58,242 nucleotides of DNA from Chromera velia (GCA_018398765.1 JAHBMJ010000071.1:1-58242), one strand, 5' to 3'; positions 1 to 13,357 are shown, numbered from the stretch's first letter. The notes: generated from the letters alone by a model not told the origin. Numbers and translations: made by a program.

Positions 1-624
1 AAGACCTCTCTTGTTTTTACCGCAGTCAAAGACCCCAAGATGGTTGTTTTCCATGATGGGTCTTATTCTCTCCAGAAGTGTGAAGGGCGATGGGGAAACA
101 AAGCTTACCTTGTAGATCAGACAGAACAGGTAGACAGAGAAAGGATTTATGCTTTAAGAAAGAGCAACTTTTTTATGTGGAAGAGTACAAGAGTGAAGCG
201 AAAGCTGATTTCAAGCACTTCGTTGGAGACAGTTGCATCTGCAGAGAGCGTAAAGAAAGCTTTTGCTTGGGAGGATCTGGCAGAGGCGCTTTGGTGTAAG
301 AAAGTGCCGATTGAATTCGTGACGGATTCCGGGCCGTTGATGGATCAGCTAGAGTCTGGACAGGCAAAGGCAGAGCCCGCTATGAATGGTCTTCTTGCTT
401 ATGTCAGGCAGGAATTGCGTCGTCTGCGTTCCCGTGTGTACTGGTGCAGGACTAGTGACATGAGGGCAGATAGACAGACCAAGCTCATGTTAGAGCGTTG
501 CAATGATGACGTTCCTTCCACTGTGAGAGTTGAGAAGAAAGAGAAAGCAGGAGCACGTGTTAACAAGATTGACTTTGCGAAGCGATCGAGCATGTGCATG
601 AGAGTCAGTCGGAGTTGTGGGTAG
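1..624 (+). mobile_element. Ty1/copia LTR retrotransposon, 3' end of pol (RNase H domain); runs off the window start
   Basis: ORF 40-624 has copia RNase H motifs: FHDGS, WKSTRVKRKLISSTSLET, VTDS, MRADRQTK. It is followed by a purine run and TGTTG. Confidence 0.85.
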
Positions 625-675
625 ACAGGCAGCTCTGTATTTGTTCCTTTGTCTGTGCCTCAGTCAGGGGGTGAT

Positions 676-1286
676 TGTTGAGCTACCATGTCTGAAGTGC
701 CCGCCGCCATACGCGCCGCCTTATAGATTGATGAGCCATGCCAAGCTACATGCATGCATGTGCATGCTTCTTCATGCAATTTGAATTAATTGCAATCAAT
801 AGTAGCATGCTCATAAAATGCAATGAGATGAAACGGCTGAACAATGAAAGGAACGGGAATATGCAATGCATCCTGTCCTTCAGTCTTTCCCTGTAAGAAG
901 ATCTTAAGAGACTCTAATGATAAGCTTCTAGTTGATAAGATCTAGTGGCTTCTAGGGTCTTTCAAGGGCGACCTAGTATAATTTTGTAACTTAGTAATTG
1001 GATAAAATAGGGAGGGAGGGAGGGCAAAGAAAGAACCGAGAGGAAAGGAACGCAACCACCCGGTTCGAACTCAAAACAAATGAGAGAGTAGGAGAAGAGA
1101 GAAAGAGCGAGCCCGATTCAAGAAATGAGGAGAGACTTGGGAGAAAACGAATTTTTGGGCTAAAACGGTCTCAGCGTGCGGTTCTGAAAATTTAGTATAA
1201 CGCGAGACACACCCAGCATGCCGGCGCGGCCAGGGTGGCCGCAAGGCGCGCCGGGGAGCGTTTTACCCTCTGACAACGCTGCAACA
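676..1286 (+). repeat. Putative 3' LTR of the first copia element (right boundary uncertain)
   Basis: PPT-like AGGGGGTGA (666-674), then TGTTGAGC at 676 and an inverted GCTGCAACA ending at 1286. Shares CGCGCCRCC, AATTAATTGCA and AAAATGCAAT motifs with the other copia LTR. Alternative end near 882 (CCTTCA). The partner LTR is not in the window. Confidence 0.45.
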
Positions 1287-4200
1287 TTTAGCTGGGGCCT
1301 CTCAAAAAATTGAAATCGTGCTTAGGGAGAGTGAGTTCCACAGATGATATGAGAATTATTGCGCAAGGTTGCGCGCACCCTCTGGCCCGTGATAATCGGG
1401 CCCAGACGCCGCGGAATATCGCGGAACCTGTGCGTGGCAACGCCGCCTGCTCGCGCGGCGGCCCGGGCCGCGCGCGCAAGGCTTGCCCAGCCGTCGCGCC
1501 TAACTCGCCTGTGCCTTATGCTCTAGAAAGCAAGCCCTCCCCGCATATCAAGATGGCCGCAAGCTTCCCAATGCAAGGTCTTACATCTCCCCAGTTTTCC
1601 ATGCATCTATCTAACCTTTCGTACTCCCCTGAAAGAAAGAACGAGACGGAAATGCTAGACAGAAAGAGCAACAGAGAGCAGGACACAGTCAGGCCTGCGC
1701 GGTATTCGTGCAGTCACATACACGCATGCATCTCCACACCGATGCATGGCATTGTGCTTGCAGTCGTTTACTTTACTCTTTTTTTTTTTTCATCTCTCTC
1801 TCTTTCGCTCTTTTACTTTTCACTCCCGCTTTGCTTTTCCCTCGATCTTTGTTTTTTTTCTTTTTCCAAAGCGCTGGTTTTGTACCAATGCGGCAAAGCC
1901 AGACGAGCCAACGCGGCTATATGGAGTCAAAAGCAGAAGGATATACACTTTCAACAATACACTCTGCATGATAAGAGTACGTTTTGATGCTGCCAGTAGA
2001 AAAGGCAGCCACAGCAAGAAGCTAGAGAAGCAAATAGCTGAAACTGGGAAAAGAAAAGGGCAGACCAATATTGACCTTTTACAGAGCAATAAACAGACTC
2101 AGAAGGACATACGCAGCCAACCAAAGAAGTCGCAGATCAAAAGTTCAGGCATGCACGTACGCATATATACATTCCCACCACATCAGATCTTCATATTCTA
2201 AACCATCCACGTAAACGGGACAGTATGAGAGGTCACCGGAAAGCAGTAAAACAGAAAGCAGAGACGGGACTAATATAAAAATTCTAAGAGTGACAGACAG
2301 GCTCATTCCAACAAATCTCCACTCTCCAAACTCTTGTGTAGTTCCACCGTTTCCTTTTTCTCTCGTTTTTCTTTCATGCTGCCTTCGTTTCGCTTGAAGC
2401 GGGACGGAAAAACAAAGCTGTACCTCCCACACCTCCGTGGTCTTAAAACAAAGATGCAGGTCGAACACCACCAACAACAAAGTGATCGAAAAGAAAGAGG
2501 CGGAACTGGCGGAAGGAAAGAGGTAGCCAACTCTGTTTCCCAACTTTGTTTCGCCTTCTCTCACTCTCTCTCTCTCTCTCTCTCTCTTTCTTTCTCAGAC
2601 CGGCTTGCTGGAAAGAAGTGGGAGACAGACAGAATAGTATGCCTGTAAGAGATCCCCTTCCATTTCTCTTTTCTGAATGCAAGTGATGGGCAGACGGAGG
2701 TTCAAGCAAAACGTAAAGAGACGGAGAAAACAGAGGACGGTAGTAGAAAGCCTCACGCACACATATGTTCACACACAATATTATTTATTCACATCTTCTA
2801 TCTTACTCCCTTCCCGAAGACTGCATGTGCGTCTGTTCGCTTGTTGTCAACAATACCGTAGATCGACTGAACACACAAGAACAGACATTAACAAATGAAC
2901 GGCACCCGGTCAGACTTATTGGAGGGAGACGCCTGCCGGCACACCATCTGGCTCCATACAGATGCATACGCAGAGACGGCTGGCTCTACTAAGGCCGCCA
3001 TCCAGGGCTCCCATCAACTCCCATGGTGCGAGGAGGAGGGGCAATACCCAAAGAACCCAGAGGGTCTCCAAAGCACCGGCATCCCCCTGCAGGAAGAAGA
3101 TGCAGAACGGACATCAAGACATGTACGGGCTGTCCCCTCGCTTTTTCTTTTTTTTTCTTTTTCGTTCAACAGATATCTCTTTCAAGATTTCTTCTCTTTT
3201 TGGTCCTCCTCTACTCATTCTCTCTTTGCCTTTTCCAGTCTCTTTTTCTTAAAAGAGGAAACCAGGTATAACCCGAAATGTTTCAAATCAGCAGAAGGAA
3301 ACGAGAAGAAGACAACGAATGAAGGCGTCCCCTTGTGCGCTCATGCTTTCAGCCATACGAGGGGTCTAACTCCTAAGCCACGCACAAAGAAGAGAAGCCG
3401 AGAGAGAAGAAAGGTCACTCTTTCAAGGGAGTTCCAGAAGTTTCGAATGTGTGGCACGTGTGGCGCTCGACTTATCGTTCTCACAGTCTGTCTCTTTGAT
3501 GCTCAGCTTTGCATTGAGCTCAATCCTTCTCCTAAGTTCAGTGCAGGGGTGTAAGGGCGGTCTCAGGCAGTCGTGGGCACGCGCAGGCATAAGCACATGG
3601 CGGCGACAATCAGGCAGTCCTCTGCCCGTGTCTCATATATAGCTGACGTAGGGGTAGGCAATCGACTTCGAGTTCTCGTTAACAGAAGGGTTCGGCCATC
3701 TTGTCGAGCATAAACATATTTTGCATATGTCAGTAGCTACATAAAGGGAGGGAGAGAAGGGACCGGACATATTGCAGACTGCTCCGCTGGTCTCTTTTTA
3801 TCTCATCTCTTCTTTCTGTCTCGTTTCATCCCCTTGCTGTTCCTTTCGACATATGTACTGGCATGAACTCTCAACTCTGGACAAAAGACGCTCCAGTCAC
3901 ACTCAGTCGCTAGTACTTCGCATGCTCTCAGCCAGCCTCGATTCGATTCGCCCCCTTACCCCGAAGCAACCCCCCTCTCCTCCTCTTTCCCCCCCTTTTT
4001 CCCTCCCCTTCCCTTCTCCTTTATCCTTTGTTTTCACCCCTTTCCCCCATGACCCGCTTTGCCCTTTCGGATCCCTGTTAAAAATTTTGCTGGCGCCGGC
4101 AAGAGATGAGGCGGCAGCTGCCGTGTACCCTATTCTGTCTCTCAGTAGGTCTGCCGCGACCCTTCTGTCTCTCTTGCCTTCGAGGGCAGGCTTGATGTCA

Positions 4201-4526
4201 TTTTGTACCCCTTCCTTGCTTCTTCTTCCTTCCTACTCCAGGCTCGCTGCATCGGCATCCCAGAGCAGAAGGCCCTCCCCGGCTGGCACACCGGCCGTCA
4301 CTGTGTTATTCTATGTGGTACGCCGCCATCCGTCCCTTCTATCTGTTTAACATGCAACCAGAGTCTTGCACACCTGATCAAACGGCCACTGATTGAACGA
4401 TCCACAAAATAGACGGACAGCCAGAAGCGACAAGCTCACTCTTGGAAGAAAATGGCAGCATTGCAGATATATAGAGAGACAAAAGGCGCGTCTTCCTGTT
4501 TTTGGACACTGTCGAAGGACCAGTCC

Positions 4527-5536
4527 CTAGGGTATTTGACTGTTTTAATTACGATTAAGATTCCATAGGTAAAATTATATAAAACACATAATAAAAAACA
4601 TAAATTATTCAAACATTTCAGGCTGAAGGAACGTAGTTCTTCTTAAAAAGCTTAAATCTAGTGAAATTAAACATGATTACGGGCGAAACTAATTATATAC
4701 CCCCCCCTTTATAATATGTCTCTTACAACTGATTACGGATTATGAGATTACGGTATGTTTTATAAAAGGCCATCAATAATTTTTTGATATCGTAGATGCT
4801 AAAAAAATAAATCTAGTCACCCACGGGAGGTGGAAGGACAGGGCTTCCCGCTGTAGCTCACACAGAAGACAATGAAAAGTATTCTGTTCTTGTGCAGTCT
4901 TTTGAACGTCCAGCAGGGGCAAGAGGAGGAGGAGACACTGACGGAATGGACCTTGAGTTTTGTTTGACTACTCGGCCTCTTCCGGGCGGGCGTAGAGCAA
5001 CAGCAGCTGCATCGAATCAGGTTAGACTGCAACTTAAAATCCGTTTGGACACTGTTGGTCTTGCGTCTGTTTTCTTTTGGATGCACCATGTGAAAGTGGT
5101 GGGGAAAAGTCTGTTTATGGACGAAGATGAGCTGCTAAAAGTTAAGGAAGCGTTCAAGGAGCTCCTTGCTAAGGACTCTGATGTTGTGATGGGTGTTGTA
5201 ATTGAAGTCTAGTGATGACACTATCGCATTGTGACGGTTTGATTTTGTTTTTTGAAGGAAGGTCCAAGGGGGGGGGGGTGTTTACTCTATTTTACTACAT
5301 ATTACAGATTACAAGTTTACGAGCCCTTTCTAGACATCACCTAGAGACAGAACTTTAATCGCAGATTGCGAGCTAACCAGTGAGCACTTTGATAATATTT
5401 TGACTTTGTTTGAAGTAATTTAATGCAATGAGTCCTAAAAAAATGGTTTTTAATGTAGGGGTGATGTTTAACACTAACATAATCTATGTATAACCCCTAA
5501 AAGTCATAGAATAATATTTTAAGTCGTCTATCCTAG
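4527..5536. mobile_element. Non-autonomous Mutator-like (MULE) element, 1010 bp
   Basis: Perfect 9-bp TSD GACCAGTCC (4518-4526 and 5537-5545). Imperfect TIRs CTAGGGTA...TATCCTAG. AT-rich arms surround a GC-richer core (4817-5212). Confidence 0.75.
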
Positions 5537-6054
5537 GACCAGTCCAGACAAACCCATGTGTTTGCGGGCCACAAAGGTGGTCAGCCTCGCGCAGACAAGC
5601 AAGCAACCAACAGGAAAGACAAGTGAAGGTGATCAGCCGACATTCGTCCGGAAGACGGAGACAGTTGCAGAATCAAAAGGCATAAAAAAAGCACTCTACT
5701 GGCCATTTGGATTGCGATCTGCTCATAAGCGGCATTCTCAATGAAATCAAGCTCCTCGAAAGTCCAAGCAACATCAAGCAACATCTCCACAATCAGCTTT
5801 AGCGACCTCCAACAATCTTTAGGATCTCCACCCAAGGACAAAGGCAAAGTCCAGGATCAGACTCGAAGGGGGTCTCCGAAAGAGGACCCCAGGCAGCTTG
5901 GGATGCAAGGGGATGCTGAATTCCTCCAGTTACGGTCTTTGCCTGGCCGTGCCAGTATCGTTGCAATCGGATTTTAACTGTTACATAAAGAGACAGATCT
6001 GATCTCTATCATAGATTGAAGCAAAACAAGAGTTGACACTCATCGAGCTGAGCG

Positions 6055-6546
6055 GTCACCACAATGCTTTGTCTCCCCTGTCCGGCCACCTTATGGCGTC
6101 CAGACAGAAGGTAAAGCGAGGACAATAGCCTTAGGGAAATTTTAGAGAATGAACGTGAGCAACACTTATTCAGGCAACAGTTTACAGAAGGTTTAGCTCT
6201 ACAGCGATCTGGGATTCCAATCAGCTGGGTTCATTCTATCATTACATAATTTCTACTTATACTTAAAAGTTCTCTCTGTTCCCCTCTCTCAGAGTCTCAG
6301 ACTCCCGATCTATGACAAACTTGAACAGACATTAGCCTCAAACGATCCTATCTGTTGCTCAAGTGACATGTTGCTTGAATGCGAACATTGCGAAGGTCAG
6401 ACTGGGTTAGACTTGACTTCGATCGACGCGCGCACAACACGTACGAAGCAAAGCGTGGCGGCGGAATGTGGCATAGCACGCTGGCTCACTCAGTCACGGC
6501 ACATGCGAAGGCTCAAAGGGCAGCGCCACAGGGTAGCACTCCACAG
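6055..6546 (+). repeat. ~470-490-bp repeat unit, copy 1
   Basis: GTCACCACAATGCTTTGTC...GGGTAG.ACTCCA recurs at 10689-12109 (interrupted) and 12110-12575. Confidence 0.9.
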
Positions 6547-6724
6547 TGGATCTAGCCTACTATAATGCTAAAATACAACATAAAAAACAGAATGACTGAA
6601 AAACTATTAAAAAGAAAACAATATAAATGTGGTGCATGAATTTTAAATTCAATTGAAGTGGTTAAATTAGGTTAGGGTAGGTTAGAGCCGGATCTTTTAA
6701 TTTAGGCTGTCACAGTGGTGAATT

Positions 6725-9700
6725 ACTGGAAAGAGTGGGTCCATTCTGGTAGCTTCAAGCTAGAAGGTGCAGATACAAAAACATGATGGTACGCAACATA
6801 TAGAAACGTCTTTCGAGAGTCTGTCCAATGCAATCACTCACTCTTCACAGAGTCACAATCATTGTGTATAAGCCACATATGGTTGGGTATGACCTGGTCA
6901 CTTCAGATCTACTTTCATACTCTGATCTTATTGCTGGCTTATCTATTTTTCCCATAGTGATGCATCAATCAATTCGATCGTACGTGCTTGCACGTATTTA
7001 TCTGCACGACGCTCGTGGTACGCGCACTTGTGATAGTTTCTGGTCGCTTGACATTATGAGGCGGCGGGACACTGAGACTTCGGTCCGCTGGGGCCGAACT
7101 TCTCACATACCCCCTGTCCTGGCGACTCACCATTCATCCCTTTTTCTTTTTTTTTTTCTCTTGAACATCTCTCGGGGGACCTCTTGCAAATTTGTGCTCA
7201 CTTCTATTCACCCATCGTCACCCACTCATCAGTTGAAGTCACCACTGACACCTTCTATTTTTTTTTTTTTTTCTCTCCCTTTCTTTTCCTTCCGATCTTT
7301 CCTTTTTATTTGTGTAATTGTCTTTTTCTTGGAAGTGCGATTCTCTTTCTTCTGGAATCCTCACTTGTTCTCACAAGTCGGCTTCAATACTTATGTACAT
7401 AAAAGCAGAACCCGGGCGTCTTTGTCAGGATACCTCCATTCCTAGCTAACAATCTAAGCATTGGAGACCGAATTCACATGCAGGTCACTCAAGTCGCCAA
7501 GTGCGCTTTGGCCTCTCTCCTTGCTCCATCAGTCTTCAAACATCTGCGCAAACACCTACGTGCACTGGAAATGATTTGGCGGTTCATTGTACCAAGCCCC
7601 TCTGCCTTTTGTTCACTTCCATCGGCCAGGGCAAGATCTGATCCCCCTTTTCGTTTCCTTCCATCGGAGGCTACAGATGACTGGCCGTCTTTACTCCTCT
7701 CCAGCTATACTGAATCTGTCCATCTCACTCGCAGTCTCAACCAGGTTGTCTTACAAACATCTGTCCACTCTTGTAACTTACCTTGCTCCAATTGTAGCTG
7801 CTTCTTCTTATTGGGCTCTGATGCTGTGTATCATCTTCTGCTGTTTCTGTGCGGGTGACACTGTTTTGGCCATTTCCTCATCTCTGCATGCATGTTCGTG
7901 CAGATCTTCTGTCAGTGAGGCAACTGCCTCTTCCCTTTCATCTTCATCTTTCCTTTCCTTCTCTTTCACTCTTTTTTTTTTCTTCTATGCTTCCTTCTCC
8001 TTCCCAATCCTTTCCATTCTTCTGTTGTGGGGGAAGTCGCAGAGGTAGTTGAAGATCAGTCCGAGAGCAGTCACTCCGCATCATTCCGCTCATCTCTCAC
8101 ATGCATACCTTGCCGCCAGACCTGTTTCTTCTTCTCCCTGCTCAGCGGCCAGAACACACCATCAGTTTGATTCTGAAAGCTCCGGTACTTACCCGACGCA
8201 AGGAGCACCACTGGAAAGATTGAGTCCATTCTGGTAGGTTGAAGCTAGAAGGTACAGATACAGAAACATGATGGTATGCAACATATAGAAACGTCTCTCG
8301 AGAGTCTGTCCAATGCAGTCACTCACTCTTCACAGAGTCACAATCATTATGCATAAGCCACATACGGTTGGGTATGACCTGGTCACTTCAGACCTACTCT
8401 CATACTCTGATCTTATTGCTGGCTTATCTATTTTTCCCATAGTGATGCATCAATCAATTCGATCCTACGTATTTGCACGCATTTATCTGCACGACGCTCG
8501 TAGTACGCGCACTCGTGATAGTTTCTGGTCGCTTGACATTATGAGGCGGTGGGACACTGAGACTTCGGTCCGCTGGGGCCGAACTTCTCATATACCCCCT
8601 GTCCCGGCGACTCACCACTCATCCCCTTTTCTTTTTTTTTCTCTTGAATATCTCTCGGTGTACCTCTCATAAATTTATGCTCACTTCTACTCACCTATCG
8701 TTACCCACTCATCAGTTGAAGTCACCACTGACACCTTCTATTTCTCTATTTTTTTCTCTCCCTTTCTTTTCCTTCCGATCTTTCCTTTTTATTTGTATAA
8801 TCGTCTTTTTCTTGCAAGTGCGATTCTCTCTCTTCTAGAATCCTCACTTGTTCTCATAAGTCGGCTTTAATATTTATATATATAAAAGCAGAACCCGGGC
8901 GTCTTTGTCAGGATACCTCCATTCCTAGCTAACAATCTAAGCATTGGAAACTGAATTCACATGCAGGTCACTCAAGTCGCCAAGTGCGCTTTGGCCTCTC
9001 TCCTTGCTCCATCAGTCTTCAAACATCTGCGCAAACACCTGCGTGCACTGGAAATGATTTGGCGGTTCATTGTAGCAAGCCCCTCTGCCTTTCGTTCACT
9101 TCCGTCGGCCAGGGCAAGGTCTGATCCGCCTTTTCGTTTCCTTCCATTGGAGGCTACAGATGACTGGCCGTCTTTACGCCTCTCTAGCTACACTGAATCT
9201 GTCCATCTCACTCGCAGTCTCAACGAGGTTGTCTTACAAACATCTGTCCACTCTTGTAACTTACCTTGCTCCAATTATAGCTGCTTCTTCTTATTAAGCT
9301 CTGATGCTGTGTATCATCTTCTGCTGCTTCTGTGCAGGTGACACTGTTTTGGCCATTTCCTCATCTCTGCATGCATGTTCGTGCAGATCTTCTGTCAGTG
9401 AGGCAACTGCCTCTTCCCTTTCATCTTCATCTTTCCTTTCCTTCTCTTTCACTCTTTTTTTTTTCTTCTATGCTTCCTTCTCCTTTCCAATCCTTTCCAT
9501 TCTTCTGTTGTGGGGGAAGTCGCAGAGGTAGTCGAAGATCAGTCCGAAAGTAGTCACTCTGCATCACTCCGCTCATCTCTCACATGCATACCTTGCCGCC
9601 AGACCTTTTTCTTCTTCTCCCTGCTCAGCGGCCAGAACACGCCATCAGTTTGATTCTAAAAGCTCCGGTTCTTGCCCGACGCAAGGAGCACCACTGGAAA

Positions 9701-10075
9701 GATTGAGTCCATTCTGGTAGGTTGAAGCTAGAAGGTGCAAATACAGAAACATGATGATATGCAACATATAGAAACGTCTCTTGAAAGTCTGTCCAATGCA
9801 GTCACTCACTCTTCACAGAGTCACAATCATTATGCATAAGCCACATACGGTCGGGTATGATCTGGTCACTTCAGACCTACTCTCATACTCTGATCTTATT
9901 GCTGGCTTATCTATTTTTCCCATAGTGATGCATCAATCAATTCGATCGTACGTATTTGCACGCATTTATCTGCACGATGCTCGTGGTACGCGCACTCATG
10001 ATAGTTTCTGGTCGCTTGACATTATGAGGTGGCGGGACACTGAGACTTCGGTCCGCTGGGGCCGAACTTCTCATA
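6725..10075. repeat. Tandem array of a ~1.48-kb unit (about 2.3 copies), probably decayed coding or LINE-derived sequence
   Basis: Units start at 6725, 8210 and 9693 (ACTGGAAAGA.TG.GTCCATTCTGG). Copies differ mainly by transitions. The minus strand reads as a stop-riddled charged ORF with GDFN**VG at 7220-7243. Confidence 0.9.
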
Positions 10076-10688
10076 GAATTTATGAAAGATTCATAAAAAA
10101 TTAGTAGGTTAGAAAACATGACAGTTAAACTGTTTTTAATTATAGAGTTTTAAGAAATTTAACATCGTAAGTATCAAATTTAATTAATAAATTTAGGGGT
10201 TGATCATAATAAAATCATGATATTCAGGTAAAATTAGGATCTCATGGTAAGTCAGGTCCATGGAGAAGGGGGATCTTACACGTATCACAGAAAAAAAAAA
10301 ATCAGATTCTGCATGAAGAATTGAGATTTATATTTCCTAGTATATTTCTTTTTCTACAATGGCCTGCAACACCTTGCAACACCTTTGCAACACCCGTGCA
10401 GTAGCTAAACAACAATTGTTTTAAAAAGGATTTTTTTTTAAAAAATCTCTCACAAACTAAGATATGTACATTTTTTTCTTTGCATCTGATACTCCCAGGG
10501 GGGATCAAGGCAACACTGCAAACTAGATATACTCTAAAACGGATCTTGCCGTTTTATACACAGGGCAAAACATCACAAAAATCAGAATAACATATATAAA
10601 TGTGCCTTATAAGCAGGGCTTGCATGCATGAACCTAGGCATGGACTAGTACGTAAGCGGCCGGCTCCGGAAAGGCACTAACGAATAAT

Positions 10689-12575
10689 TGCTTTGTCCCC
10701 CCTGTCCGGCCACCTTATAGCATCCAGTCAGAAGGTAAAGCGAGGATAAGAACTTTAGGGAAATTCTAGAGAAAGAACGTGAGCAACACTCATTCAGGCA
10801 ACGGTTTTAATTACAGAACGTTTAGCTCTAGAGCGATCTGGGATTCCAATTAGCTGGGTTTATTCTATCATTACACAATTTCTACTTATGCTTCTCTCTG
10901 TTCCCCTCTCTCAGAGTCTCAGACTCCCAATCTATCACAAACAGACATTAGCCTTAAACGATCCTATCTGTTGCTCAAGTAACATGTTGCTTGAATGCGA
11001 ACATTGCGAAGGTCAGACTGGACTTCGATCGACGCGCGCGACACGTACGAAACAAAGCGCGGCAGCGGAGCCTGGCTTCGGCACGCGGGCTCATTCAGAT
11101 ACAACGCATGCAGGGTTGCCGATTTTTTTGGCGGTAGACAAGCTTCATTACCGGTAACCGGTAATTACCGGCAGAGTTTGCTGGCAGTTGGCAAAGACTT
11201 GGCAGAATTCTAACAGTCACTAACACTTTTCAATAACCTAAGTCCTAGGTTATAGGTCAATCAATCAATCACTTAAGGCTAGACTTAAGGTGAATTCAAA
11301 AAGTTAATACGTCTTCTGTAGGGACAGCTGTGCGGCCAGTGTGCTTGAAGATGATGCAGGTCGAAGCGATGGGTCCCGTCTTGCACTTGGCATCCAAAGA
11401 CAGAGAACCGCTAGCCGCAATGACCAAAGTTGCACCCGCGCGATTCCAACAACAGTATAAGGAATTCACGTATCAGAACAGAGTTTGGGGAGGAGAGGAT
11501 GAGCGAATGCGCCTCTCCTTGAATAAGTCAATGTGGATCGATCAGTTTCTCCTGCATGGTGCATGCACAGTTTATAGTGTTGCAGATTTGCATAGCTTGT
11601 AGCGCGCTGAGCCCAGGCCGAAGTCTCTGGGGCCGCGGCCGTGAAAAGCCGGCATCAATCAACTCCGGACGCAATCTCCAACAAAAAGAAAGAGTCCGCC
11701 TCAACAATAAAGAAGCAGAACAGTGAGAGATAAAGCAAAGTCAAAAAAGAGAGTAGTTGTTGGACAGACGCTGTCATAGAGCTGTTAGAACTTTTTGCCA
11801 CTTATAGGGGTGAAGCAGTTAAAAACTTATATTTTTTAAATATATTTTTTGTATGTGAATGGGCTTTTCAAATGCTAATAAATACTTAAAAACATGTTTT
11901 TGAAGGTTGGTGCCGCAGGTGAAATTTTTTTTGGGGACTCTAATTTTTATTATTTTTTTTGTTTGTAAAAGGAAGGCAGACTGAGGCCATTACCGGTTAC
12001 CGGCAATTGCCGGTAGACTAGACCTGTTACCGACCAGAAAAGCAACCCTGAATGCATGCGAGGGTCCAGAGGGCGGCGACATAAGGGTAGGACTCCACAG
12101 GTCCCTGGCGTCACCACAATGCTTTGTCCCCCCTGTCCGGCCATCTTATAGCGTCCAGACAGAAGATAAAGCAAGGACAAGAACCTTAGGGAAATTTTAG
12201 AGAAGGAACGTGAGCAACACTCATTTAGGCAACAGTTTACAGAAGGTTTAGCTTTAGAGCGATCTAGGATTCTAATCAGCTGGGTTTATTCTATTATTGC
12301 ACAATTTCTACTTATGTTTCTCCCTGTTCCTCTCTCTCAGAGTCTCAGACTCCCGATCTATCACAAACAGACATTAGCTTTAAACGATCCTATCTGTTGC
12401 TCAAGTAACATGTTGCTTGAATGCGAACATTACGAAGGTCAAACTCGACTTCGATCGACACGTGCAACACGTATGAAACAAAGCGCGGCAGTGGAGCCTG
12501 GCGTCGGCACGCGGGCTCATTCAGATACAGCGCATGCGAGGGTCCAAAGGGCGGCGATATAAGGGTAGGACTCCA
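10689..12575 (+). repeat. Copies 2 and 3 of the ~470-bp unit, head-to-tail; copy 2 is split by a hAT-like insertion
   Basis: Copy 2 = 10689-11110 plus 12059-12109; copy 3 = 12110-12575. Both align directly with 6055-6546. Confidence 0.9.
11111..12050. mobile_element. Non-autonomous hAT-like element, 940 bp
   Basis: TIRs CAGGGTTGC...GCAACCCTG. 8-bp TSD AACGCATG / AATGCATG (one C>T). Subterminal (T)ACCGG repeats at 11149-11172 and 11991-12015. The uninterrupted site is visible in repeat copy 3. Confidence 0.85.
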
Positions 12576-12776
12576 TATAATCATGCATTAGATGGTCTAA
12601 CATTTAATTGTCTTTCTTACAATCGAGAAAAAGAAATAATATAAAGTTCACTTAAAAAATAAAATTATTCTTTAAACTAGTCTTTAAATGTTAATTCAAA
12701 AATCTATTGATCTTCTCAATTCAATTCAAATTATTATTTCATCATGCAGTTGCATTGACCTTTTTTTTTTTTTTTG

Positions 12777-13357
12777 CAAATTTTTTGTGGAAAGAGGTCA
12801 AGTAGTGTTAATGTGCTAGCCAATATCAATGTCTTCATCAAGTAATCCATCACCATTTTGCATTTCTGGGAAACAAGCAACAACACACAATGAAATTGTA
12901 AGAGCCCGAACCTTAATCATTATAATCACTCTACTTGGCCATACACGGTACAGCGCAGATGTTTTTAGAGATCTCTGTCGAATCTTGTTCTTAGCTATTC
13001 CATGCCCACACCAAGAATCTACATCCGACGAGTGAAAATGCCAAAAGGCAGACACGAAACACAACCTATCTCAACAAAGCACCAAAAATGACAAAACCCC
13101 AGAACGCAGCGGACAGAATCAAACAGAAAGGGGGCATACGAAGGCGGTCAAGAAACTTGTTTGGAGGTGACAATGGATGACTGAATAGCAAACACGATAA
13201 TGTCTGGATTCTCCTTTGCCCGCCTTCCTCACACCGGAGAGAAACAGAAATGCCCTCGTCGGGAGGGGGGCGAGGGTGGCAGGGAAAGGTTTGAGAAGGG
13301 GCAGAACGAGAAGGGCCTCTGTCTCTCTCTCTCTCTCCCTCTCCCTCTCCCCCTGTG

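Noticed and set aside
1550..4500. Possible decayed or spliced gene
   Set aside because: Exon-like patches exist, but no consistent frame, strand or domain could be supported.
6667..6685. Telomere
   Set aside because: Only about four degenerate TTAGG units, located internally.
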